Below are positions 50,501-63,754 of a stretch of 64,000 bases of DNA, one piece after another. Every line of letters begins with the position of its first letter. Position 1 is the stretch's first letter. Under the pieces are notes generated by a model that ran no database searches, was not told the origin of the DNA, and saw only the letters and a list, made by a program, of their open reading frames with translations. The position numbers and the translations under genes are program-made. The stretch spans positions 28,212,001 to 28,276,000 of the forward strand of contig CM059432.1 of the NCBI GenBank assembly GCA_030390025.1, given 5' to 3'. This DNA comes from Squalus acanthias (Eukaryota).

Positions 50501-53500
50501 GGGCTCTCCCCTATATAATGAAGGGCCCAGTCCAGGAGCTCTCCCCTATATAATGTAGGACCCAGTCCAGGGGCTCTTCCCTATATAATGAAGGACCAAG
50601 TCCAGGGGCTCTACCCTATATAATTTGGGGCCAGTCTAGGTGCTCTCTCCTATATAATGTAGGACCCATCCAGGGCTATCTCCTATATAATATAGGACCC
50701 AGTCCAGGTGGTCTCCCCTATATAATGTAGGACCCATCCAGGGCTATCTCCTATATAATATAGGACCCAGTCCAGGTGGTCACCCCTATATAATGTAGGA
50801 CCCATCCAGGGCTATCTCCTATATAATGTAGGACGCAGTCCAGTGGATCTCCCCTATATAATGTAGGACCCAGTCCAGGGGATCTCCCCTATATAATTTA
50901 GATCCCACTCCAGAGATCTGTCCTATATAATGTAGGACCCAGTCCAGACATCTCCCCTATAATATGTAGGAACCTGTCCAGAGATCTGTCCTATATAATG
51001 CAGGATCCAGTCCAGGGGCTCTCTCCTATGTAATGAAGGATCAAGTCTAGGGGCTCTCTCCTATGTAATGAAGGACCAAGTCCAGGGGCTCCACCCTATA
51101 TAATTTGGGGCCAGTCTAGGTGCTCTCCCCTATATAATGTAGGATCAAGTCCAGGGCTCTCTCCTATTTATTGAAGGACCCAGTCTAGGGATCTTCCCTA
51201 TTTAATGTATGACACATTCCAGGGGCTCTACCCTATTTAATGCAGGAGCCAGTCCAGGGGCTCATCGCTATATAATGCAGGATCCAGTCCAGGGGATCTC
51301 CCATATATAATGTAGGACACAGACCAGGGGCTCTTCCCTACATAATGTAGTACTCCAGTCCAGGGGCTATCTCCTATATAACATAGGACCAGGTCCAGGG
51401 GCTCTCCCCTGTATAATGTAGGATACAGTCCAGGGGCTCTCCCGTATATAATGTAGGACCACTCCCAGGAGCTCTCCCCTATATAATGTAGGACCCAGTC
51501 CAGAGATCTCTCCTATATAATGTAGGACCCAGTAAAGGTGCTCCGTCCTATATAATGTAGGACCCAGTCCAGGGGCACTCCCGTATATAATGAAGGACCA
51601 AGTCCAGGAGCTCTCCCCTAAATAATGTAGGACCCAGACCAGGGGCTTTCCCATATATATCGCAGGACCCAGTCCAGAGGCTCACTCCTATTTAATGTAG
51701 GATGCAATCCAGGGGCTCTCCCCTATATAATGTAGGATCCAGTCCAGGGCTCTCTCCTATATAATGTAGGATCCAGTCCGGGGCTCTCTCCTATATAATG
51801 TAGGACCCAGTACAGAGATCTCCCCGAAATAATGCTGGACCCAGTCCAGGGGCCCTCTGCCATATAATGTAGGACCCAGTCCAGGGGCTCTCCCCTATAT
51901 AATGTAGGACCCAGTCCAGAGATCTCCCCGAAATAATGCTTGACCCAGTCCAGGGGCCCTCTGCCATATAAATGTAGGACCCAGTCCAGGGGCTCTCCCC
52001 TATATAATGTAGGATCCAGTCCAGGGGCTCTCCCCTATATAATGTAGGACCCAGTCCACAGATCGCGCCGAAATAATGTTGGACGCAGTCCAGGGGCTCT
52101 CCGCGATATAGTGTATGATCGAGTCCAGGGGCTCTCTCCTATATAATGTAGGACCCAGTCCAGGGGCTCTCTCCTACATAATGCAGGACCCAGTCAAGGG
52201 GCTCTCCCCTGTATAATGTGGGACCCAGTCCAGGAGCTCTCTCCTATATAATGTAGGACCAAGTCCAGGAGATCTCCCTTATATAATGTAGGACCCAGTC
52301 CAGGGGGTCTCCCCTATATAATGTAGGAGCCAGTCCAGGGGCTCTCCCCTATATAATGTGGGATCTAGTCCCGGGGCTCTTCCCAATATAATGTTGGATC
52401 CAGTCCAGGTACTCTCCCCTATATAATGTAGGACCCAGTCCAGGGGCTCTCCCGTTTATAATGTAGATTCCAGTCCAGGGGCTCTCCCGTTTATAATTTA
52501 GGACCCAGTCCAGGGGCTCTCCCCTATATAATGTAGGACCCAGTCCAGGGGCTCCTCCCTATATAATGTACGACTCAGTTCAGGGGCTCTCCTCTATATA
52601 ATGTAGGACCCAGTCCAGGGGCTCTCTCCTATATAACGTAAGATCCAGTCCAGGGGCTCTCCGCTATATAATGTAGGATCTTCCGGGAGCTCTCCCCTAT
52701 ATAATGTAGGACCCAGTCGAGGGGCTCTCCCCTATATAATGTCGAACCCAGTCCAGGGGCTCTCCCCTATATAATGTAGGATCCAGTCCCGGGGCTCTCC
52801 CCTATATAATGAAGGACCCAGTCCAGGGGCTCTTCCATATATAACGTAAGACCCACTCCAAGGGCTCTCCCCTATATAATGCAGGTCCCAGTCCAGGGGC
52901 TCTCCCCTATATAATGAAGGACCCAGTCCAGGGGCTCTCCCCTATATAATGTAGGACCCAGTCCAGGGGCTCTCCCCTATATAATGTAGGATCCAGTCCA
53001 GGGGCTCTCCTCTATATAATGTATGATCCAGTCCAGGGGCTGACCCCTATATAATGAGGGTCCAGTCGAGCGGCTCTCCTCTATATAATGTAGTATCCAG
53101 TCCAGGGGCTCCCCTCTATATAATGTAGGACCCAGTCCAGGGGCTCTCCCCTATGTAATGTAGGACCCAGTCCAGGGGCTCTCCCCTATATAATGTAGGA
53201 CCCAGTCCAGGGGCTCTCCCCTATATAATGTAGGACCCAGTCCAGGGGCTATTCCATATATAACGTAAGACCCAGTCCAGGGGCTCTCCCCTATATATTG
53301 GAGGTCCCAGACCAGGGGCTCTCCCCTATATAATGAAGGACCCAGTCCAGGGGCTCTCCCCTATATAATGTAGGACCCAGTCCTGGGGTTCTCCCCTATA
53401 TAATGTAGAACCCAGTCCAGGGGCTCTCCCCTATATAATGTGGGACCCAGTCCAGGGGCTCTCCCCAATATAATGTAGGATCCAGTCCAGGGGCTCTCCC

Positions 53501-56500
53501 CTATATAATGTAGGACACAGTCCAGGGGCTATCCCCTATATAATGTAGGACCCAGTCCCGGGGCTCTCCCCTATATAATGTGGGACCCAGTCCAGGGGCT
53601 CTCCCCAATATAATGTAGGATCCAGTCCAGGGGCTCTCCTCTATATAATGTAGGACCCAGACCAGGGGCATTCCCATATATATCGCAGGACCCAGTCCAG
53701 AGGCTCACTCCTATTTAATGTAGGATGCAATCCAGGGGCTCTCCCCTATATAATGTAGGATCCAGTCCAGGGCTCTCTCCTATATAATGTAGGATCCAGT
53801 CCGGGGCTCTCTCCTATATAATGTAGGACCCAGTCCAGAGATCTCCCCGAAATAATGCTGGACCCAGTCCAGGGGCCCTCCGCCATATAATATAGGACCC
53901 AGTCCAGGGGCTCTCCCCTATATAATGTAGGATCCAGTCCAGGGGCTCTCCCCTATATAATGTAGGACCTAGTCCAGAGATCGCGCCGAAATAATGTTGG
54001 ACGCAGTCCAGGGGCTCTCCGCGATTTAGTGTAGGATCGAGTCCAGGGGCTCTCTCCTATATAATGTAGGACCCAGTCCAGAGAGCTCACCCCCATATAA
54101 TTTAGGACACAGTCCAGGGGCTCTCTCCTACATAATGCAGGACCCAGTCAAGGGGCTCTCCCCTATCTAATGTGGGACCCAGTCCAGGGGCTCTCTCCTA
54201 TATAATGTAGGACCAAGTCCAGGAGATCTCCCTTATATAATGTAGGACCCAGTCCAGGGGGTCTCCCCTATATAATGTAGGAGCCAGTCCAGGGGCTCTC
54301 CCCTATATAATGTGGGATCTAGTCCCGGGGCTCTTCCCAATATAATGTAGGACCAAGTCCAGGAGATCTCCCTTATATAATGTAGGACCCAGTCCAGGGG
54401 CTCTCCCCTATATAATGTAGGACCCAGTCCAGGGGCTCTCCCGTTTATAATGTAGATTCCAGTCCAGGGGCTCTCCACTATATAATGTAGGACCCAGTCC
54501 AGGGGCTCTTCCCTATATAATGTAGGACCCAGTCCAGGGACTCTCCCGTTTATAATTTAGGACCCAGTCCAGGGGCTCTCCACTATATAATGTAGGACCC
54601 AGTCCAGGGGCTCTTCCCTATATAATGTACGACTCAGTCCAGGGGCTCTCCTCTATATAATGTAGGACCCAGTCCAGGGGCTCTCTCCTATATAACGTAA
54701 GACCCAGTCCAGGGGCTCTCCGCTATATAATGTAGGATCTTCCGGGAGCTCTCCCCTATATGATGTAGGACGCAGTCCAGGGGCTCTCCCCTACATAATG
54801 TAGGACCCAGTCCAGGGGCTCTCCCCTATATAATGTAGGATCCAGTCCCGGGGCTCTCCCCTATATAATGAAGGACCCAGTCCAGGGGCTCTTCCATATA
54901 TAACGTAAGACCCAGTCCAGGGGCTCTCCCCTATATAATGTAGGTCCCAGTACAGGGGCTATCCCCTATATAATGAAGGACCCAGTCCAGGGGCTCTCCC
55001 CTGTATAATGTAGGACCCAGTCCAGGGGCTCTTCCCTATATAATGTAGGACCCAGTCCAGGGGCTCTCCCCTATATAATGAAGGACCCAGTCCAGGGGCT
55101 CTCCCCTATATAATGTAGGACCCAGTCCGGGGGCTCTCCCCTATATAATGTAGGATCAAGTCCAGTGGCTCTCCTCTATATAATGTAGAATCCAGTCCAG
55201 GGGCTGACCCCTATATAATGAGGGTCCAGTCGAGGGGCTCTCCTCTATATAATGTAGTATCCAGTCCAGGGGCTCTCCTCTATATAATGTAGGACCCAGT
55301 CCAGGGGCTCTCCCCTATATAATGTAGGACCCAGTCCAGGGGCTCTCCCCTATATAATGTAGGACCCAGTCCAGGGGCTCTCCCCTATACAATGTAGGAC
55401 CAAGTCCAGGGGCTCTCCCCTATATAATGAAGGACCCAGTCCAGGGGCTCTTCCATATATAATGTAAGACCCAGTCCAGGGGCTCTCCCCTATATAATGG
55501 AGGTCCCAGTCCAGGGGCTCTCATCTATATAATGAAGGACCCAGTCCAGGGGCTCTCCCCTATATAATGTAGGACCCAGTCCAGGGGCTCTCCCCTATAT
55601 AATGTTGGATCCAGTCCAGGGGCTCTCCTCTATATAATGTAGGATCCAGTCCAGGGGCTCACCCCTATATAATGAGGGTCCAGTCGAGGGGCTCTCCCCT
55701 ATATAATGTAGGACCCAGTGAAGGGGCTCTCCCCTATATAATGTAGGACCCAGTCCAGTGGCTCTCCCCTATATAATGTAGGACCCAGTCCAGGGGCTCT
55801 CCTCTATATAATGTAGGATCCAGTCCAGGGGCTCTCCCCTATATAATGTAGGACCCAGTCCAGGGGCTCTCCCCTATATAATGTAGGATCCAGTCCAGGG
55901 GCTCTCCCCTATATAATGTAGGACCCAGTCCAGGGGCTCTCCTCTATATAATGTAGGATCCATTCCAGGGGCTCTCCTCTATATAATGTAGGACCCAGTC
56001 CAGGGGCTCTACCCTATATAATGTAGGACCCAGTCCAGGGGCTCTCCTCTATATAATGTAGGATCCAGTCCAGGGGCTCTCCTCTATATAATGTAGGACC
56101 CAATCCAGGGGCTCTCCCATATATAATGTTGGACCCAGTCCAGGGGCTCTCCCCTATATAATGAAGGACCCAGTCCAGGGGCTCTTCCATATATAACGTA
56201 AGACCCAGTCCAGGGGCTCTCCCCTATATAATGTAGGTCCCAGTCCAGGGGCTCTCCCCTATATAATGAAGGACCCAGTCCAGGGGCTCTCCCCTATATA
56301 ATGTAGGACCCAGTCCAGGGGCTCTCCCCTATATAATGAGGGTCCAGTCGAGGGGCTCTCCTCTATATAATGTAGGATCCAGTCCAGGGGCTCTCCTCTA
56401 TATAATGTAGGACCCAGTCCAGGGGCTCTCCCCTATATAATGAGGGTCCAGTCGAGGGGCTCTCCTCTATATAATGTAGGATCCAGTCCAAGGGCTCTCC

Positions 56501-59500
56501 TCTATATAATGTAGGACCCAGTCCAGCGGCTCTCCTCTATATAATGTAGGACCCAGTCCAGGGGCTCTCCTCTATATAATGTAGGACCCAGTCCAGGGGC
56601 TCTCCCCTATATAATGTAGGACCCAGTCCAGGGACTCTCCCCTATATAATCTAGGACCCAGTCCAGGGGCTCTCCCCTATATAATGTAGGATCTAGTCCA
56701 GGGGCTCTCCCCAATATAATGTAGGACCCAGTCCAGGGGCTCTCCTCTATATAATGTACGACCCAGTCCAGAGGCTCTCCCCTATATAATGTAGGACCCA
56801 GTCCAGGGGCTCTCCCCTATATAATGTAGGACCCAGTCCAGGGGCTCTCCCCGATATAATGTATTACCCCAGTCCAGGGGCTCTCTCCCTATATAATGTA
56901 GGACACATTCCAGAGGCTCTCCCCTATATAATGTAGGACCCAGTCCAGGGGCTCTCCCCTATATAATGTAGGACCCAGTCCAGGGGCTCTCCCCGATATA
57001 ATGTATTACCCCAGTCCAGGGGCTCTCTCCCTATATAATGTAGGACACATTCCAGAGGCTCTCCCCTATATAATGTAGGACCCAGTCCAGGGGCTCTCCC
57101 CTATATAATGTAGGACCCAGTCCAGGGGCTCTCCCCGATATAATGTATTACCCCAGTCCAGGGGCGCTCTCCCTATATAATGTAGGACACATTCCAGGGG
57201 CTATCTCCTATATAATGTAGGACCCAGCCCAGAGATCACCCCTATAATATGTGGGACCCAGACCAGGGGTTCTTCCCTATATAATGTAGGACAAATCCAG
57301 TGCTATCTCCTATATAATATAGGACCCAGTCCAGTTGGTCGCCCCTATATAATGTAGGACCCAGTCCAGGGGATCTCCCCTATATAATGTAGGACCAAAG
57401 TCCAGGGGATCTCCCCTATACAATGTAGATCCCACTCCAGAGATCTGTCCTATATAATGTAGGATCCAGTCCAGACATCTGCCCTATAATATGTAGGAAC
57501 CTGTCCAGAGATCTGTCCTGTATAATGTAGGACCCGGTCCACGGCTCTCCCCTATATAATATAGATTCCAGTCCAGGGGCTCTCTCCTATATAATGAAGG
57601 GCCCAGTCCAGGAGCTCTCCCCTATATAATGTAGGACCCAGTCCAGGGGCTCTTCCCTTTGTAATGAAGGAGCAAGTCCAGGGGCTCTACCCTATATAAT
57701 TTGGGGCCAGTCTAGGTGCTCTCTCCTATATAATGTAGGACCCATCCAGGGCTATCTCCTATATAATATAGGACCCAGTCCAGGTGGTCTCCCCTATATA
57801 ATGTAGGACCCATCCAGGGCTATCTCCTATATAATGTAGGACGCAGTCCAGTGGATCTCCCCTATATAATGTAGGACCCAGTCCAGGGGATCTCCCCTAT
57901 ATAATGTAGATCCCACTCCAGAGATCTGTCCTATATAATGTAGGACCCAGTCCAGACATCTCCCCTATAATATGTAGGAACCTGTCCAGAGATCTGTCCT
58001 ATATAATGCAGGATCCAGTCCAGGGGCTCTCCCCTATATAATGTAGGACCCAGTCCAGGGCTCTTCCCTACATAATGTAGGACCCAGTCCAGGGGCTCTC
58101 TCCTATGTAATGAAGGACCAAGTCCAGGGGCTCTACCCTATATAATTTGGGGCCAGTCTAGGTGCTCTCCCCTATATAATGTAGGATCCTGTCCAGGGCT
58201 CTCCCCTGTGTAATGTCGCACCCAGTCCAGGGGCTCTCTCCTATTTAATGAAGGACCCAGTCTAGGGATCTTCCCTATTTAATGCAGGAGCCAGTCCAGG
58301 GGCTCTCCCATAAATAATGTAGGACACAGACCAGGGACTCTTCCCTATATAATGTAGTACTCCAGTCCAGGGGCTATCTCCTATATAACATAGGACCAAG
58401 TCCAGGGGCTCTCCCCTGTATAATGTAGGACACAGTCCAGGGGCTCTCCCGTATATAATGTAGGACCACTCCCAGGAGCTCTCCCATATATAATGTAGGA
58501 CCCAGTCCAGAGATCTCTCCTGTATAATGTAGGATCCAGTCCGGGGCTCTCTCCTATATAATGTAGGATCCATTCCAGGAGCTCTCTCCTATATAATGTA
58601 GGACCTAGTCCAGAGATCGCGCCTATATAATGTTGGACGCAGTCCAGGGGCCCTCCGCGATATAGTGTAGGATCGTGTCCAGGGGCTCTCTCCTATATAA
58701 TGTAGGACCCAGTCCAGGGGCTCTCCTCTATATAATGTAGGACCCAGTCCAGGGGCTCTCCCCTATATAATGTAGGACCCAGTCCAGGGGCTCTCCTCTA
58801 TATAATGTAGGACCCAGTCCAGGGGCTCTCCTCTATATAATGTAGGACCCAGTCCAGGGGCTCTCCTCTATATAATGTAGGACCCAGTCCAGGGGCTCTC
58901 CCCTATATAATGTAGGACCCAGTCCAGGGGCTCTCCCCTATATAATGTAGGACCCAGTCCAGGGGCTCTCCCCTATATAATCTAGGACCCAGTCCAGGGG
59001 CTCTCCCCTATATAATCTAGGACCCAGTCCAGGGGCTCTCCCCTATATAATGTAGGACCCAGTCCAGGGGCTCTCCCCTATATAATGTAGGACCCAGTCC
59101 AGGGGCTCTCCCCGATATAATGTATTACCCCAGTCCAGGGGCTCTCTCCCTATATAATGTAGGACACATTCCAGAGGCTCTCCCCTATATAATGTAGGAC
59201 CCAGTCCAGGGGCTCTCCCCTATATAATGTAGGACCCAGTCCAGGGGCTCTCCCCGATATAATGTATTACCCCAGTCCAGGGGCTCTCTCCCTATATAAT
59301 GTAGGACACATTCCAGAGGCTCTCCCCTATATAATGTAGGACCCAGTCCAGGGGCTCTCCCCTATATAATGTAGGACCCAGTCCAGGGGCTCTCCCCGAT
59401 ATAATGTATTACCCCAGTCCAGGGGCTCTCTCCCTATATAATGTAGGACACATTCCAGGGGCTATCTCCTATATAATGTAGGACCCAGCCCAGAGATCAC

Positions 59501-62500
59501 CCCTATAATATGTAGGACCCAGACCAGGGGTTCTTCCCTATATAATGTAGGACAAATCCAGTGCTATCTCCTATATAATATAGGACCCAGTCCAGGTGGT
59601 CGCCCCTATATAATGTAGGACCCAGTCCAGGGGATCTCCCCTATATAATGTAGGACCAAATTCCAGGGGATCTCCCCTATACAATGTAGATCCCACTCCA
59701 GAGATCTGTCCTATATAATGTAGGATCCAGTCCAGACATCTGCCCTATAATATGTAGGAACCTGTCCAGAGATCTGTCCTGTATAATGTAGGACCCGGTC
59801 CACGGCTCTCCCCTATATAATATAGATTCCAGTCCAGGGGCTCTCTCCTATATAATGAAGGGCCCAGTCCAGGAGCTCTCCCCTATATAATGTAGGACCC
59901 AGTCCAGGGGCTCTTCCCTATATAATGAAGGAGCAAGTCCAGGGGCTCTACCCTATATAATTTGGGGCCAGTCTAGGTGCTCTCTCCTATATAATGTAGG
60001 ACCCATCCAGGGCTATCTCCTATATAATATAGGACCCAGTCCAGGTGGTCTCCCCTATATAATGTAGGACCCATCCAGGGCTATCTCCTATATAATGTAG
60101 GACGCAGTCCAGTGGATCTCCCCTATATAATGTAGGACCCAGTCCAGGGGATCTCCCCTATATAATGTAGATCCCACTCCAGAGATCTGTCCTATATAAT
60201 GTAGGACCCAGTCCAGACATCTCCCCTATAATATGTAGGAACCTGTCCAGAGATCTGTCCTATATAATGCAGGATCCAGTCCAGGGGCTCTCCCCTATAT
60301 AATGTAGGACCCAGTCCAGGGCTCTTCCCTACATAATGTAGGACCCAGTTCAGGGGCTCTCTCCTATGTAATGAAGGACCAAGTCCAGGGGCTCTACCCT
60401 ATATAATTTGGGGCCAGTCGAGGTGCTCTCCCCTATATAATGTAGGATCCTGTCCAGGGCTCTCCCCTGTGTAATGTCGCACCCAGTCCAGGGGCTCTCT
60501 CCTATTTAATGAAGGACCCAGTCTAGGGATCTTCCCTATTTAATGCAGGATCCAGTCCAGGGGCTCTCCCATAAATAATGTAGGACACAGACCAGGGACT
60601 CTTCCCTATATAATGTAGTACTCCAGTCCAGGGGCTATCTCCTATATAACATAGGACCAAGTCCAGGGGCTCTCCCCTGTATAATGTAGGACACAGTCCA
60701 GGGGCTCTCCCGTATATAATGTAGGACCACTCCCAGGAGCTCTCCCATATATAATGTAGGACCCAGTCCAGAGATCTCTCTTATATAATGTAGGACCCAG
60801 TCCAGAGATCTCCCCGAAATAATGCTTGACCCAGTCCAGGGGCCCTCCGCCATATAATGTAGGACCCAGTCCAGGGGCTCTCCCCTATATAATGTAGGAC
60901 CCCATCCAAAGATATCTCATATATAATGTAAGATCCATTCCAGGAGCTCTCTCCTATATAATGTAGGACCTAGTCCAGAGATCGCGCCTATATAATGTTG
61001 GACGCAGTCCAGGGGCCCTCCGCGATATAGTGTAGGATCGTGTCCAGGGGCTCTCTCCTATATAATGTAGGACCTAGTCCAGAGAGCTCACCCCCATATA
61101 ATTTAGGACCCAGTCCAGGGGCTCTCTCCTACATAATGCAGGACCCAGTCCAGGGGCTCTCTCCTATATAATGTAGGACCCAGTCCAGGGGGTCTCTCCT
61201 ATATAATGTAGGAGCCAGTCCAGGGGCTCTCCCCTATATAATGTGGGATCTAGTCCCGGGGCTCTTCCCAATATAATGTAGGAGCCAGTCCAGGGGCTCT
61301 CCCCTATATAATGTGGGATCTAGTCCCGGGGCTCTTCCCAATATAATGTTGGATCCAGTCCAGGTACTCTCCCCTATATAATGTAGGAACCAGTCCAGGG
61401 GCTCTCCCGTTTATAATGTAGATTCCAGTCCAGTGGCTCTCCCGTTTATTTTGTAGGACCCAGTCCAGGGGCTCTCCCCTATATAATGTAGGACCCAGTC
61501 CAGGGGCTCTTCCCTATATAATGTACGACTCAGTCCAGGGGCTCTCCCCTATATAATGTAGGACCCAATCCCGGGGCTCTCCCCTATATAATGAAGGACC
61601 CAGTCCAGGGGCTCTTCCATATATAACGTAAGACCCAGTCCAGGGGCTCTACCCTATATAATGTAGGTCCCAGTCCAGGGGCTCGCCCCTATATAATGTA
61701 GGATCCAGTCCAGGGGCACTCCTCTATATAATGTAGGATCCAGTCCAGGGGCTCACCCCTATATAATGAGGGTCCAGTCGAGGGGCTCTCCTCTATATAA
61801 TGTAGGATCCAGTCCAGGGGCTCTCCTCTATATAATGTAGGACCCAGTCCAGGGGCTCTACCCTATATAATGTAGGACCCAGTCCAGGGGCTCTCCTCTT
61901 TATAATGTAGGATCCAGTCCAGGGGCTCTCCTCTATATAATGTAGGACCCAGTCCAGGGGCTCTCCCATATATAATGTAGGACCCAGTCCAGGGGCTCTT
62001 CCATATATAACGTAAGACCCAGTCCAGCGACTCTCCCCTACATAATGTAGAATCCAGTCCAGACATCGCTCCTATATAATGTAGGACCCAGTCCAGGGGC
62101 TCATCCCTATATAATGTAGGATCCAGTCCAGGGGCTCTCCCCTATATAATGTAGGATCCAGTCCAGGGGCTCTCCTCTTTATAATGTAGGACCCAGTCCA
62201 GGGGCTCTCCCCTATATAATGTAGAATCCTGTCCAGAGATCTCTCCTATATAATGTAGGAACCAGACCAGGGGCTCTCCCCTATATAATGTAGAACTAAG
62301 TCCAGGGGCACTTCCCTATATAATGTAGGATCCAGTCCAGGGGCTCTCCCCTATATAATGTAGAACTAAGTCCAGGGGCACTTCCCTATATAATGTAGGA
62401 CCCAGACCAGGGGCACTTCCCTATATAATGTATGACCCAGTCCAGGGGCTCTCCTATATAATGTAGAATCCAGTCCAGAGATCTCTCCTATATAATGTCG

Positions 62501-63417
62501 GAACCAGACCAGGGGCTCTTTCCAATATAATGTAGGACCCAGTCCAGAGATCCTTCCTATATAATGTAGGAACCCAGTCTTGGGGCTCTCTCCTATATAA
62601 TGTCGGATCCATTCCAGGGGCTCTCCCCTATATAATGTAGGACCCCTGTCTCGGAGCTCTCCCCTATATAATGTAGGACCCAGTCAGTGATCTCGCCTGT
62701 ATAATGTAGGACCCAGTCCAGAGATCTCTCCCCTATATAATGTAGGTCCCAGTCCACGTGCTCTCCCCTATATAATGTAGGATCCAGTCTAGGGGCTCTC
62801 CCCTATATAATGTAGGACCTAGTCAAGGGGCTCTCTCCTATATAATGTAGGACCAATTCCAGGGGCTCTCCCGTATATAATGTAGGACCCAGTCCAAAAA
62901 GCACTCCTCTATATAATGTAATACCCAGTACAGATGCTCTTTTCTATATACAGGAAACTTTCGTTTATCCGGCATCAACGGGACCGGCGTGGTGCCGGTT
63001 TATCGAAAGTACCGGATAACGGAGAGATATATCTACCGAGGCTATTTTTAACAAAGAGACTCCAGGCAGCACGGGAGAATCAACTCCTGCTACTGTAGTG
63101 TTTCGGAATTCTGACAGCGCCAGGAGGCCGAGTAGTGGCACTTTTGAAAAGTACCCCTACTGACTAAATCGGCGTTCGTGGACTCGGACTCGGACTCGGG
63201 ATCGGCAACATTGCCGGTTATTTGAGAGGAGTTTTCGGAGCACTCGGCGTTCGCGGAGACTCGACTGCGACTCGGCAACATTGCCGGTTATTTGAGAGGA
63301 GTTTTCGGAGGATGATTTTTGCCGGTTAAGCGAGAATTCCGGATATTTGGGTGCCGGATAAACGAAAGTTTCCTGTAATGTATTATCCAGTCCAGGTGTT
63401 CTCCCCTATATAATGTA
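29572..63417. repeat. ~33.8-kb tandem satellite, 35-bp monomer ATGTAGGACCCAGTCCAGGGGCTCTCCCCTATATA, about 965 copies, intronic in TG
   Basis: The 35-bp period is directly visible (atgtagga at 29881, 29916, 29951). Single orientation throughout, substitution and 1-bp indel variants, degenerate edges. Copy number is length divided by 35. Confidence 0.98.
62951..63375. mobile_element. Tc1/mariner (pogo/Tigger-like) non-autonomous MITE, 425 bp
   Basis: Perfect 24-bp TIRs (caggaaactttcgtttatccggca / tgccggataaacgaaagtttcctg) and a TA TSD at 62949-62950 and 63376-63377. Internal 37-bp direct repeat ggcaacattgccggttatttgagaggagttttcggag. Confidence 0.92.
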
Positions 63418-63536
63418 CTACATTACACCAGTGACTGCACCAAATTAAAAAAGTATGAAAAGTGCTTTGGTACGTTTCTGAGGGGTGATGAAGTCCCATA
63501 TAAATGCAAGTCTTTTCTTTTAAAGATTTATTGTAC

Positions 63537-63734
63537 CTCTGTCAATTGTTAAGTGACTCAACACGAAGCCATCACAGCACTGTTCCATGCCACAGGTCTG
63601 TCTGCAGAAATGATGTACATCTGTTAAGCTCGAACCATCTGCGGAAAAAGCCAATGCCTGGTATACGCCTGTAATCACGTTACGAAAATCTGTCCGTACG
63701 AAGGTCTTTTGGAATGAAGTGGTGAATTCATGAC
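63537..63734 (-). CDS. TG: Thyroglobulin exon (approx. human exon 26), type-3 repeat region
   Basis: Acceptor ttttctccag, donor gtacaa, 198 nt, phase 1-1. Translates GHEFTTSFQKTFVRTDFRNVITGVYQALAFSADGSSLTDVHHFCRQTCGMEQCCDGFVLSHLTIDR, which matches recalled human TG (..QKRFEPTGFQNMLSGLY..LTDAHLFCLLACDRDLCCDGFVLTQV..). Confidence 0.93.
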
Positions 63735-63754
63735 CTGGAGAAAATTAAGAACAT

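Noticed and set aside
30748..62066. Repetitive minus-strand ORFs (GEPLDWVLHYI.., GRAPGLGPTLY..) as a repeat protein
   Set aside because: These are chance translations of a 35-bp, non-triplet repeat with frequent stops and no splice or codon signal.
29572..63417. CRISPR-like array (35-bp palindromic repeats)
   Set aside because: Monomers abut with no unique spacers, there are no cas genes, and the context is a vertebrate intron.
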